The translations under genes were made by a program, and so were the position numbers. A stretch of DNA of 64,000 nucleotides from contig CAVUKB010000006.1 of assembly GCA_963741955.1 (NCBI GenBank), forward strand, positions 288,001-352,000, in the 5' to 3' direction. Source of the DNA: an uncultured Acidobacteriota bacterium (lineage in GTDB: Bacteria > Acidobacteriota > Thermoanaerobaculia > Gp7-AA8). Of this stretch, positions 27,632 through 38,052 are shown piece after piece (the stretch's first letter is position 1; each line of letters begins with the position of its first letter). The notes below the pieces were generated by a model. That model was not told where the DNA came from and ran no database searches. It saw only the letters and a list, made by a program, of their open reading frames with translations.

Positions 27632-29704
27632 ATGAAGAAGTTCCTTCTATGCCTCGCTCTCGGAAGTCTGGTCGCCCCGGCAGCGATTCTGGCCGGCCCT
27701 CCGCCCGAAGTCTCGCACTCGGCGCGGAGCGCGACGATCCACACTATTCGTGAACTCCCGATCATTCCTCCGGGACATGGTTATCAGCGCGAGAAGCCGG
27801 AGCCGAAGAAGTTCGGTGGACCGGCAGACGGTCTTCCGGCCGGTCGCCGGGACCCGGCAATCGGAACCGCGACCGTGACGCCTTCCGCCGCGCTGTCGAT
27901 CCCGAGCTCGTTCGCAGGAGTCGGCGTCGAGAACTGGAACGTCCGCTATGCCCCTCCCGACACGAACGGCGCGGCCGGACCGAACAACTACATCCAGTGG
28001 GTCAACGACGCCTACGCGTTCTGGGACAAGAGCGGAAACATGATCTACGGACCGGTCGCCGGCAATACGATCTTTCAGCCCCTCGGTGGATACTGTGCCC
28101 AGTACAATGACGGCGATCCGATCGTGCAGTACGACAAGGCGAACGGCCGCTGGATCCTCAGCCAGTTCGCCGTGAGTCAGGGATCAAGCGCCGGATATCG
28201 CCAGTGCGTGGCCGTCTCGCAGTCGAGCGACCCGATGGGCGGCTGGAATCTCTACGAATTCAACTACGGCACGAACTTCAACGACTACCCGAAGATCGGC
28301 GTATGGCCCGACGGCTATTACGCGACGTTCAACATGTTCCGCCGCGGCAGCTCGTTCAACGGCGGCGAGGTCTGCGCATGGGACGCAGCAGCGATGCGAC
28401 GCGGCGACGCGACCGCGAACCAGGTCTGCTTCAACGTCGGCACGAGTTACGGCGGGCTCCTTCCGTCCGATGTCGACGGTTCCACGGCGCCGCCTGCAGG
28501 GGCTCCGAACTACGTGCTGAATTTCGGCACCAACAGCCTCAACGTCTGGAAGTTCCACGTCGACTGGGCGAATCCTTCCGCGTCCACATTGACCGGACCG
28601 ACCAACATCGCCACCGCAGCGTTCAGCAGAGCGTGCGGCGGCGGAACCTGCATTCCCCAACCGGGAACCAGTAACCAGCTGGATTCGCTCGCCGACCGGC
28701 TGATGTACCGCCTCGCGTACCGCAACCATGGCGGCGTCCAGTCGCTGGTGGTGAACCACTCCGTAACTCCGGGCAACGGAGCTTCGTCCGGAGTCCGGTG
28801 GTACGAGCTGAGAGTGAACAACGGCAATCCCTCTCTCTATCAGCAGGGCACCATCGCACCGGACTCCAACTCCCGCTGGATGGGAAGCGCCGCGATGGAC
28901 AAGAACGGGAACATCGTGGTCGGCTACAGCATCTCCAGCGGCACGACCTTCCCCGACATCGTCTACACCGCGCGCACTCCGAACGATCCGCTCGGCAGCA
29001 TGCCGAACGGCGAGGTCTCCCTCAATGTCGGGCTCGGATCGCAGACGGGAACCCTCCACCGCTGGGGCGATTACAGCAGCATGAGCGTCGACCCGACCGA
29101 CGATTGCACCATGTGGTACACGACCGAGTACCTCACGTACAACGGCACGTGGAACTGGAGCACCCGGGTCGGCAAGATCACTCCTCCCGGATGCGGATCG
29201 ACGTCGACCAACAACCCTCCCGTCGCGAGCTTCACGTACTCCTGCACCGATCTTCAGTGCAGCTTCACCGATACCAGTACCGATTCGGACGGATCCGTCA
29301 CCGGATGGGGATGGACCTTCGGCGACGGCGGAACGTCCGCCGCGCAGAACCCGAGCCACACCTACGGCGCCGCGGGAAGCTACACCGTGACTCTCACTGC
29401 CACCGACAACGGCGGGGCGAGCGCATCGTCCTCGCAGTCCGTCAGCGTCACGGCACCTCCGCCGCCTGGCGGGATCACCCTCACCGCAACGGCATCCAAG
29501 GTCAAAGGCGTCGATACGGCGGATCTCTCGTGGAGCGGTACGACCGGTTCGACGGACGTCTACCGCGACGGCAGCGTGATCGCGACCGTCTCCGGAACTT
29601 CGTACAGCGACAACACCGGAACGAAAGGTAAGGCCTCGTTCACATACCAGGTCTGCAACGCCGGAACGACGACCTGCTCCGCGCAGCTCCCGGTCAGCTG
29701 GTAA
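27632..29704 (+). CDS. secreted protein with PKD domain
   Basis: Signal peptide; PPDTNG, DYPK and RWGDYS; PKD motif WTFGDG...NPSHTY. Confidence 0.85.
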   Translation: MKKFLLCLALGSLVAPAAILAGPPPEVSHSARSATIHTIRELPIIPPGHGYQREKPEPKKFGGPADGLPAGRRDPAIGTATVTPSAALSIPSSFAGVGVENWNVRYAPPDTNGAAGPNNYIQWVNDAYAFWDKSGNMIYGPVAGNTIFQPLGGYCAQYNDGDPIVQYDKANGRWILSQFAVSQGSSAGYRQCVAVSQSSDPMGGWNLYEFNYGTNFNDYPKIGVWPDGYYATFNMFRRGSSFNGGEVCAWDAAAMRRGDATANQVCFNVGTSYGGLLPSDVDGSTAPPAGAPNYVLNFGTNSLNVWKFHVDWANPSASTLTGPTNIATAAFSRACGGGTCIPQPGTSNQLDSLADRLMYRLAYRNHGGVQSLVVNHSVTPGNGASSGVRWYELRVNNGNPSLYQQGTIAPDSNSRWMGSAAMDKNGNIVVGYSISSGTTFPDIVYTARTPNDPLGSMPNGEVSLNVGLGSQTGTLHRWGDYSSMSVDPTDDCTMWYTTEYLTYNGTWNWSTRVGKITPPGCGSTSTNNPPVASFTYSCTDLQCSFTDTSTDSDGSVTGWGWTFGDGGTSAAQNPSHTYGAAGSYTVTLTATDNGGASASSSQSVSVTAPPPPGGITLTATASKVKGVDTADLSWSGTTGSTDVYRDGSVIATVSGTSYSDNTGTKGKASFTYQVCNAGTTTCSAQLPVSW

Positions 29705-29727
29705 TCGGCCAACCGACCCCGCATCAG

Positions 29728-29759
29728 AAAGGCCCTGGCGCGCCGCCAGGGCCTTTTTT
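29728..29759 (+). terminator. rho-independent terminator
   Basis: AAAGGCCCTGGCG-CGC-CGCCAGGGCC followed by a T6 run. Confidence 0.85.
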
Positions 29760-29820
29760 CGTGCAGCGTCACTGAAACTCCCGACGGAGTTGGTCTAAAC
29801 TTGGCGATCTGGAGGAGATC

Positions 29821-30849
29821 ATGTCCCGGAACACCTTCGCCGTCTTCACGTCAGCACTCCTTTTCGCTTCGCTCCTCGCCGCTCAGTCTCTCCCCGATCT
29901 CTTCAAACAGGCCCAGGTCGAGTTCCAGCAGGGAAAACACGAGAAGTCACTCGCGACACTCGACCAGCTCGAGAAACTGAGCCAGGCGCCCGGTCACGAA
30001 GCGGACCGCGAGAAGCTCGTTCCCGTGATCGCCTTCTTCCGTGGCGCGAACGACGCGTCACTCGGCCGCCACGACGAAGGGGTCGAACAGTTCCAGATCT
30101 ATCTGAAGTACTTCCCGACCGCGCGGCTCGATTCGTCGAAGTTCCCGCAGAAGGTGATCGAAGTTTTCGACGACGCGCGAAAGACGGTCGAGGCGGCGAA
30201 CAGCACGGCCGCGAGAACGCTCGAGGGCGCGTACGGGATCTTCCACGTTCCTCCGGGACAGACGATCGCCGCCGACGAGAACTGGGCCAGAACGCCGGTG
30301 CGTTACTTCATGACCGCGGCGGAAACGTCCCAGTGGAAAACCCTGAAGACAGACGACGAGCGCCAGAAGTTCGTGGACGACTTCTGGAAGAAGCGTGACC
30401 CCGATCCCTCCACGCCGGCGAACGAGTTCCGAGCCGAGATCGAGCGCCGAATCCTCTTCTCCGACGCGGCATTCACCGTCGAAGACGAACCGGGACGCTA
30501 CCAGGACCGCGCACTCGTCTTCACCGTGATGGGACCGCCGAACATCGCCACGCGGACCCAGCTTCGCGACAGCGACGATCCGATCGACGCGATGCGCAGC
30601 GGTACTCAGGGACAGAACCTCGGCGCCGGACACCAGACTGCCGGATCGCCGTCCTCTCTCCACAGCGATTTCTCGTACGGGATGATGGACAAGTGGACGT
30701 ACCGCAAGGACCATCTCGCGAAGGTGGTCTCGTTTCCCGAGCTCGAGATCTCGTTCATCACCAAGCGAGGATACGGCGCCGGTGTGATGCAGAAGGACGC
30801 CAAGGCGCTCCAGGCTCTCGATGCGACCGCGGCGCAGTACCGGAAGTGA
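29821..30849 (+). CDS. GWxTD domain-containing secreted protein with N-terminal TPR-like helices
   Basis: PVRYFMT, FVDDFWKKRDPDPSTPANEFRAEIERR and DRALVFTVMGPP. Confidence 0.85.
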   Translation: MSRNTFAVFTSALLFASLLAAQSLPDLFKQAQVEFQQGKHEKSLATLDQLEKLSQAPGHEADREKLVPVIAFFRGANDASLGRHDEGVEQFQIYLKYFPTARLDSSKFPQKVIEVFDDARKTVEAANSTAARTLEGAYGIFHVPPGQTIAADENWARTPVRYFMTAAETSQWKTLKTDDERQKFVDDFWKKRDPDPSTPANEFRAEIERRILFSDAAFTVEDEPGRYQDRALVFTVMGPPNIATRTQLRDSDDPIDAMRSGTQGQNLGAGHQTAGSPSSLHSDFSYGMMDKWTYRKDHLAKVVSFPELEISFITKRGYGAGVMQKDAKALQALDATAAQYRK

Positions 30850-30918
30850 GGGCGTAAGCTCGAGATCCCCCGGCTCGGGACTTCCAGACCGCGGGACCTC
30901 CACCGCTCACGACGTGTT

Positions 30919-33900
30919 TCACTCCCGGGGGTAATACCCGCTCACGGTGCGGATCTCGACTCCGGATACCGTCGCCTTCACCTTGACGCGCCGCCAGCGA
31001 TCGGATGGTTTGTCGCTGTGCGAGTGGTAGACGATCAGCTGCTGATTTCGAAGCTCTGTCCGGATCTCGGAGTAGCGTTTTTCGAGCTGATCGAATCCCT
31101 TCAACTCCAGGAACAGGCCTCCCGATCCGCTCGACAGGCGCTTCATGTCGTAGATGCCGCGGCGATTGTCGAGCGCCGAGAAGCCTCCGGATGCACTCCG
31201 TACCGCCACGGTTCTCTCGGTCGTGTCGTGCCAGCCGTAGAGCCCCTGTTCCCCCGGCTTGGAGTTGATGTACACCACGTACACCGGAACGCCGGTCCGT
31301 TTCGCCAGATCCATGCAGGTGTTCAGGCTGTAGACGCTGTTGTTGTCCTGTGCATCGGTCAGGACCACCAGTGCCTTCCGGCCACCGAGCCCCTGGAACT
31401 GCATCAGCGCGAATGCAATCGAGTCCCACACCGCCGTCCGCCCACCGGCGACGGTGTCGATGATCTCTTTCGAGAGAACCTTCAGCTCTCCGGTCGCCGG
31501 CGTGACGAGGTGGGGTCGGGTCTTGAATTCGGCCACGAACGCCTCATCGTTCTCGGTGAGGGTCTGTTCCAGGAATCGTATCGCCGCCTCCTGCATGGGA
31601 ACCATCACGCTCTTCATGCTTCCGGATGTATCGATCAGGAGCCCGAGGGTGAGTGGAATGCTGGCGGCCGGGACGACGCGATCCACTCTCTCCCGGCGGC
31701 GATCCTCTTCCACCACGAGATCCGACGGGGCAATGCTCGCCACCGGGGTTCCGTCCGCATGCTCCACCGTCGCGTAGAGCTCGACCAGGTCGATCTTGAC
31801 ACTCGCGGTAGCCCCTTCCGCGTTGACCATCTTCACGTCTTCGGCGGTCGTCCCGTCGTCGAGGGTCGCGACCGCGCGAAGGTATCCGGGGACGGGCGTC
31901 TCCGGAAGAGCGACGGACCGCCGCCAGGGAGGCCTGGACATGCGGCCCACCAGGAGCTCGTTCCAATAGACCTCGACGCCGGCGACCTTCTTTCCTTCCG
32001 GCGCGTGGACCGCCAGCTCGACGGCAGTCTTTCCGCTCGCTTTCGGGGTCTCCGGGGTGAGAATCTTCACGGAAAAATCGTCCGCCCTCCCGTTCACCGG
32101 GATCGCATCGACACCGACCAGCTTCCCTTCCCCGTCGTACGCTTCGGCCTTCACCCATCGGACGCGCGGAATCTTACCGAGATCGATTCGAGCGCTGAAC
32201 GGAGGCTCCTTCACGTTCGCGGCCTCGACGTCGTCGAGGAGGAATCGGACACGCCGGATCTCGGGGTTGAAAATGAGGGTGGTGAACTTCTGTCGACCGA
32301 TCAACGCCGAGCGGGGCGGCGGAACGACGCGGATGTCCTCGTTGGTCGAATTCGGAGCGGCGCTCTCCCGTTTCCATTCGCCGAGGGCTCGCAGCGCATC
32401 GATCGCGATCTTCGCGTACTCGCTGCCTTCCGGAGCAGCGTCGACGGCCTTTTTCAGAGCTTCGACCACGGGCCGGTCATTCTGAGCGGTCCGCGACTCC
32501 ATGGTGGCCCGGGCGAGCCACGCCGCGGCTGCGGCGCTCCCGTCGACGGGATTCTTCGCGATCGCTTCGACGGCAGCCAGTGCTTCGTCGTGCTTTCCTT
32601 CGAGAAACTCCACCCACGCCAGCTGCGCTTCGATCGACTGGGCCAGCGATGCCTTTCCGTTCTTCAGGGCAGCGGCTCTTGCGAGGTCCAACTCGCTCTT
32701 CGCATCTCCGTACTGCTGCGCGTCGAGATAACCGACACCAATCGCGAGGTGACCGGTCGATTCATCTCCACCCCGGAGCCTGATCGCGCCGTCAATGAAT
32801 TTCGGCGCTCCGGTCGACGCCGCCTCGAGCCAGCCGGCCACGATCTCGGGTGAATCGACGGAGAACGCCATCCGTCGCGTTCCCCAGGGATCGAAGATGA
32901 TGAACGTCGCCGGAACACCGTCGTGATTGGTAAGGTAGAGTTTCGCCGGACCGTTCGGCGACCCTTTCATCTCGAAATAGGGGCGAGTCGACTCGAACGG
33001 CACGAAGCGGCCGAGGCGCCGCGAAACGATCGGGTCGGCCAGGAGAGCCTTCTCCTTCTCAGCGACCATCGCGCAGGCGTGGTATTGATCCGAGGAGCAA
33101 CCGAATCGCGCGAAAACGAGTTTGTTCTCCCGTTTCGCGCGTTCGAGCGCGGCTCTCCAGCTCGCTGAGTCGACGACGGAGGCGGCCGTCGCCTCCGTGC
33201 TCGCCGAGAGTGCCGGCTCCGTCGAGCCGGAGAGCGGAATCAGCGCTTCGCCCCATGCCCCGGTGGAAAGCTCCTCGACCACGATCGCGATCTTCGTGGC
33301 GTCCGATGAGACGCGAATCTCCGGATCCCACTCGATTCCTTCGTTCGTTGCGAGGTCGACGTGGTCGCGCGTCTCGACGTGGGTGACCGGTCCTGCTTTT
33401 CCGTCGACTGCGATGGTGAAACGGAGAGAGGTCGATTTCAGTTGGGGCCGGAGCGCATCGAGCGCACCGAAACCGGTGCGGACGTCGAGCTTCACCGTTC
33501 CGCTCTTCGATGCCGGCAGCGCCCTCGCGGCAACCGCGAGATCCCCCGGATCGATTCTTCCTTCGAGCGCGGTCCGCGCCCGCGCCTCCGCGAGCACCTC
33601 CAGCGGCTGGAATCCAACCCACTGCTGCGCGTTGATTACGAGCCCGGGCCGTTTCGATTTCACGGTGACGCGATGGAGTTTCGTGTCTCCGAAGCGGGAG
33701 ACCTGATAGGTGAGCCGGTACCGCTGCGTCAGCCGTTCGACGAGAGATCCGATCTTTCCGACGTCGGTGATGACCTGACCCCCGGTGGCATCGGCATAGG
33801 AGTCGAGGACGTCGAGCGGGTGGGTGAAAAGGAACTTGGCTTCACCGGTACCTCCGCCTCCCGGCTTCAGAAACGACTGCATCCGGTCGTCGCCGCGGAT

Positions 33901-35010
33901 CGACGCGTCGCTCCCCGCGATCGGCACCATGTACCCGCTTGCAACGGATAGCGCGATCCACCCATACGAGGAGATCTCCTTTGCCAGCTCTTCATTCGCG
34001 GGCTCCGAGCTTCGCTGCTGCAGCTGCGGCTGGAGCTCGCGCTCGACCGCCGGTACGTTGACGAATCCCTGATAGAAATCGACCGGATCGAGGTCGTACC
34101 CGTCACTGATCAGGACCAACGCTTTCGTTCCCTCCGCACCGTGTGCTCCGGTCAGGTATCGGATCAGCTGGTCGTGGCGTTCGCGAATGATCCTCTCTTC
34201 TTCCGCTACCGAGGTGAGGATCAGACGCGCTTTCCGCTGCGCGAGCGCCACGACGGTCATCTGAGAGCCCATTCCCTGCATCGCGAACGAGCTCTCGGCG
34301 ATGCCGTTCATTTCTTCCACGAACCTTCGGCGCACATTGAGCAGCCGTCGCCTGCCGATTCCTTCTCTCGCGAGATTCGCCAGCGCCTCCACCAGCTCCG
34401 CTCGATCGCGCGTCGCCGGCACGAGAACCTTCGGACTCGGGTCGGCTGCGACGATCTCCACTGTCCCGAGCCTGGTGAGGGTGTCGACCTGTCCCGCAAG
34501 CCGCGCCGCGGCGTCGCGTAGAGACTGCGGCGAGAGGAGATCGTCCTCGAAATAGACGACGATGCTGACATTCTTGCCTCCCTCGGCTTCGGAGGTCTTT
34601 TCGCTCGTCAGAGAAGCCGTCCCTGCCGACTCCCCGATCGATTCGGCGATCCGTTCCAGTCCGATGATCTTCACCGGCTTGCCGTCTTCCAGGACTTCGA
34701 AATCGGACGGGGTCAGGTCTGTAGGGATGTTCCCTTTCGCGTCGCGGACATCCATGGTGATCTCGATCGCGGAAACCTGCAGACTGGTCCGGAAGCGCGG
34801 CTGGTCGGGTGCCTGCGCGGCGAAGCCGATCGTCGCCGCGAGAGTCATCATCGCCGCACCGAGCCCAGCCCTCCGGCGGGTGGCGGCTCCCCTCTCCCCG
34901 TCCGGACTTCCCGGTTCGGCGAATGACCGCACGGGCTCATGAGTCAGGATGGAACGAACGGAACTCCTGCCGGGGATGTCGGATTTCGAGTGCATATCAG
35001 TTCTCCACAT
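30919..35010 (-). CDS. large multi-domain acidobacterial-type VWA protein (VWA - thioredoxin-like - TPR - Ig-like - VWA)
   Basis: DLTPSDFEVLEDG and LISDG in the N-terminal VWA; C-terminal VWA with DTSGS and RKALVVLTD. Start uncertain. Confidence 0.85.
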   Translation of the reverse strand: MWRTDMHSKSDIPGRSSVRSILTHEPVRSFAEPGSPDGERGAATRRRAGLGAAMMTLAATIGFAAQAPDQPRFRTSLQVSAIEITMDVRDAKGNIPTDLTPSDFEVLEDGKPVKIIGLERIAESIGESAGTASLTSEKTSEAEGGKNVSIVVYFEDDLLSPQSLRDAAARLAGQVDTLTRLGTVEIVAADPSPKVLVPATRDRAELVEALANLAREGIGRRRLLNVRRRFVEEMNGIAESSFAMQGMGSQMTVVALAQRKARLILTSVAEEERIIRERHDQLIRYLTGAHGAEGTKALVLISDGYDLDPVDFYQGFVNVPAVERELQPQLQQRSSEPANEELAKEISSYGWIALSVASGYMVPIAGSDASIRGDDRMQSFLKPGGGGTGEAKFLFTHPLDVLDSYADATGGQVITDVGKIGSLVERLTQRYRLTYQVSRFGDTKLHRVTVKSKRPGLVINAQQWVGFQPLEVLAEARARTALEGRIDPGDLAVAARALPASKSGTVKLDVRTGFGALDALRPQLKSTSLRFTIAVDGKAGPVTHVETRDHVDLATNEGIEWDPEIRVSSDATKIAIVVEELSTGAWGEALIPLSGSTEPALSASTEATAASVVDSASWRAALERAKRENKLVFARFGCSSDQYHACAMVAEKEKALLADPIVSRRLGRFVPFESTRPYFEMKGSPNGPAKLYLTNHDGVPATFIIFDPWGTRRMAFSVDSPEIVAGWLEAASTGAPKFIDGAIRLRGGDESTGHLAIGVGYLDAQQYGDAKSELDLARAAALKNGKASLAQSIEAQLAWVEFLEGKHDEALAAVEAIAKNPVDGSAAAAAWLARATMESRTAQNDRPVVEALKKAVDAAPEGSEYAKIAIDALRALGEWKRESAAPNSTNEDIRVVPPPRSALIGRQKFTTLIFNPEIRRVRFLLDDVEAANVKEPPFSARIDLGKIPRVRWVKAEAYDGEGKLVGVDAIPVNGRADDFSVKILTPETPKASGKTAVELAVHAPEGKKVAGVEVYWNELLVGRMSRPPWRRSVALPETPVPGYLRAVATLDDGTTAEDVKMVNAEGATASVKIDLVELYATVEHADGTPVASIAPSDLVVEEDRRRERVDRVVPAASIPLTLGLLIDTSGSMKSVMVPMQEAAIRFLEQTLTENDEAFVAEFKTRPHLVTPATGELKVLSKEIIDTVAGGRTAVWDSIAFALMQFQGLGGRKALVVLTDAQDNNSVYSLNTCMDLAKRTGVPVYVVYINSKPGEQGLYGWHDTTERTVAVRSASGGFSALDNRRGIYDMKRLSSGSGGLFLELKGFDQLEKRYSEIRTELRNQQLIVYHSHSDKPSDRWRRVKVKATVSGVEIRTVSGYYPRE

Positions 35011-36679
35011 CCACTAACGCGGTTCCCCACGCTCCGGTCGAGAGCTCTTCGACCACGATCGCGATTTTCCGCGCGCCGGGACCGACTTTGATCTCCGGAT
35101 CCCAGGCGAGGCCGCGGTTCACCGCGAGGTCCACGCCCTCGCGGGTTTCGGTACGAACGACCGGCGCCCCGTTCCGATCATCGACCGCGATCGTGAAACG
35201 GAGCGTGGTGGATCTCAGCTGTGGCCGCAGCGCGTCGAGGGCATCGAACCCGGTCAGCACTTCCACCGTCGGCGCGTTCGGCTTGAATTTCGACACGATT
35301 CGAGCCCGGACGTCGAGGTCGCCTCTCTCCGCTCGTCCTTCGAGCGCCGCACGAGCGCGCGCCGCCGCGAGCTCCTCGAGCGGCTGGAATCCGACCCACT
35401 TCTGCGCGTCGACCCGCAGTCCCGCGCGTGTGGGTCGAACTTCGACTCGATGGAGCTTCGTGTCCCCGAAGCGCGAGACCTGATAAGTGAGCCGCCACCG
35501 CTGACCGAGGGACGAGACGACCGTGGGTACCTTTCGCGGATCCGTCACCACGTCCCCGCCGGTCGCGTCGGCGTACGAGCGGAGAGGCTCGAGCGGATGC
35601 AGGAAGAAAGCGGCGCCGGCTCCACCACCAACGTTCTGGTTCCCGAGAAACGCGACCATCTTCTCGTGGCCCGAATACGCCGCGCTGCCGGGGCTCTCCT
35701 GCGCGAGGTAGCCGAACGCAACGGGAACCGCAATCCACCCCGACGAGGAGAGGAACCGCGAGAGATCCTCGTTCGGCTTCGCCGAGCTCCGCTCCTCGAG
35801 CGTGCTCCGGACCGTCCGGATCGAGTCGATCCCGAGCACCTGACTGTAGTACTCGAACGGATCGAGGTCGTATCCGTCGTTCACCAGGAGAAGAACGCGA
35901 GGGGACTCCGCGCTCGCATAGCCGGCGAGAAACCGCAGCATCCGATCGCGGCTCTGCTGAATCATCAGCTGCTCTTCCGCCGCGGCCATCTCGACGAGCC
36001 GCTCGAGGATCGCTCCGCCACCACTCCGTGCCCGCAGCGACGCGGGACCGCTGAACGCGTATGCTCCCGACCCGACGTCCTCCTGGTCGATGACGAAGTT
36101 GCTTCGCACCCTGATGAGCTCTCGCGGGCGCTTCGGACGTTTCGCGAGCCGCTCGATGCCGTTCCTGACCTCGCCGCCATTACGCGTCGCGGCGACGACC
36201 ACGACCGGTTCCGGCTCGGCCCAGACCACCTGAACCGTTCCGAGGCGCGTCAAAGCGTCTGCGACGCCGGCAAGCGTCTTCGTCGACAGCCAAAGTGAAT
36301 AGGGCGACAGCTGGTTGGCGTCGAAGTAAATGACGGTGTTCAGTGGAGCGGTGGAGACGCCGCTCTCGTTCAGGGAGGCCGGTGAGCCTTCTTCAACGGC
36401 TGGTTCGACGAGCGGTTCGATTCCGAGGACGCGCACTCGATGGCCGTCTTCGAGGACTTTGAAATCAGAAGCGGTCAGGTCTCGAAGTGCGCGCCCATTC
36501 GTGTCGCGAACCTCCAGCGTAATCTCGATAGCCGTCACCTGAAGGCCGGTCCGGAAGCGGGAGCTCCCGGGATTCTCTGCTCCAAATACGAATCCGGTGA
36601 AGAACATGGAGGCGACGAGTGTGAGCGCGCTCACGAGTCGCGCCGCTCGGATACCGCGTCTGCGATGCCGCTCGTCCAT
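34997..36679 (-). CDS. acidobacterial-type VWA protein, paralog of the N-terminal half of the downstream gene
   Basis: DLTASDFKVLEDG; shared LTYQVSRFGDTKLHRV and KIAIVVEELSTGAWG. Confidence 0.85.
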   Translation of the reverse strand: MDERHRRRGIRAARLVSALTLVASMFFTGFVFGAENPGSSRFRTGLQVTAIEITLEVRDTNGRALRDLTASDFKVLEDGHRVRVLGIEPLVEPAVEEGSPASLNESGVSTAPLNTVIYFDANQLSPYSLWLSTKTLAGVADALTRLGTVQVVWAEPEPVVVVAATRNGGEVRNGIERLAKRPKRPRELIRVRSNFVIDQEDVGSGAYAFSGPASLRARSGGGAILERLVEMAAAEEQLMIQQSRDRMLRFLAGYASAESPRVLLLVNDGYDLDPFEYYSQVLGIDSIRTVRSTLEERSSAKPNEDLSRFLSSSGWIAVPVAFGYLAQESPGSAAYSGHEKMVAFLGNQNVGGGAGAAFFLHPLEPLRSYADATGGDVVTDPRKVPTVVSSLGQRWRLTYQVSRFGDTKLHRVEVRPTRAGLRVDAQKWVGFQPLEELAAARARAALEGRAERGDLDVRARIVSKFKPNAPTVEVLTGFDALDALRPQLRSTTLRFTIAVDDRNGAPVVRTETREGVDLAVNRGLAWDPEIKVGPGARKIAIVVEELSTGAWGTALVDVEN

Positions 36680-36968
36680 ACGGAGGGAGTGAGGGAAGAG
36701 TGGCTGACCGGCACAAACGCCGACCGCCCCAGGCAATGTGGGTCGGGTGCGGTGGCGGAGTGGGTGATCCCGGGAACCTGAATGGACCGCAGTTGGAAAA
36801 CCGCTCATCGCGTCTCCTGACTGTGGTACCGGCGGGATTCATTGTAGGTCCGGCGACTGTGGCATGCAATGCGGAGGGGGCGTGATCCTCAATGAGAGCT
36901 CCGCCGGAAAAGAAAACGCCACGACGGAAGTCGTGGCGCTCGCACCAGCATTGATTGACGCTTCAGAC

Positions 36969-37676
<708 letters not shown>

Positions 37677-37716
37677 TTCCGCCCAGCATGCATGCGCGGG
37701 GCCATGAGCGTATCAC

Positions 37717-37807
37717 TCGGGGGTCGGGGGTCGGGGGTCGGGGGTCGGGGGTCGGGGGTCGGGGGTCGGGGGTCGGGGGTCGGGGGTCGGGGGTCGGGGG
37801 TCGGGGG
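37717..37807. repeat. tandem 7-mer array (TCGGGGG)x13
   Basis: Direct count; perfect repeats. Confidence 0.95.
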
Positions 37808-37816
37808 GAAAGTGAA

Positions 37817-37879
37817 TCAGACTGGTCAGACTGGTCAGACGTGTCGGACGTGTCGGACCTGTCGGACCTGTCGGACTCG
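37817..37879. repeat. tandem 9-mer array (TCRGACNNG)x7
   Basis: TCAGACTGG x2, TCAGACGTG, TCGGACGTG, TCGGACCTG x2, TCGGACTCG. Confidence 0.9.
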
Positions 37880-37884
37880 TTCCA

Positions 37885-38052
37885 GATCCTCGATCCTCGA
37901 TCCTCGATCCCCGATCCCCGATCCTCGATCCTCGTTCCCCGATCCTCGATCCCAGATCCTCGATCCTCGATCCTCGATCCTCGATCCTCGATCCTCGATC
38001 CTCGATCCTAGATCCTAGATCCTCGATCCTAGATCCTAGATACTAGATACTA
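37885..38052. repeat. tandem 7-mer array, consensus GATCCTC, x24
   Basis: Variants GATCCCC, GATCCTA, GATACTA; overlaps the stop codon of the decarboxylase gene. Confidence 0.95.

Noticed and set aside
31018-32853. Long antisense ORFs (also 4304-6046, 38094-39545, 47740-49302)
   Set aside because: Shadow ORFs typical of high-GC coding DNA, lying opposite well-supported genes.
37688-38018. ORFs encoding GSGVGGR, SDWSDV and ILDPRSS repeats
   Set aside because: Translation artefacts of the tandem DNA repeats; antisense to flanking genes and no RBS.
37717-38052. Possible CRISPR array
   Set aside because: Units are 7-9 bp with no unique spacers, and there are no cas genes.
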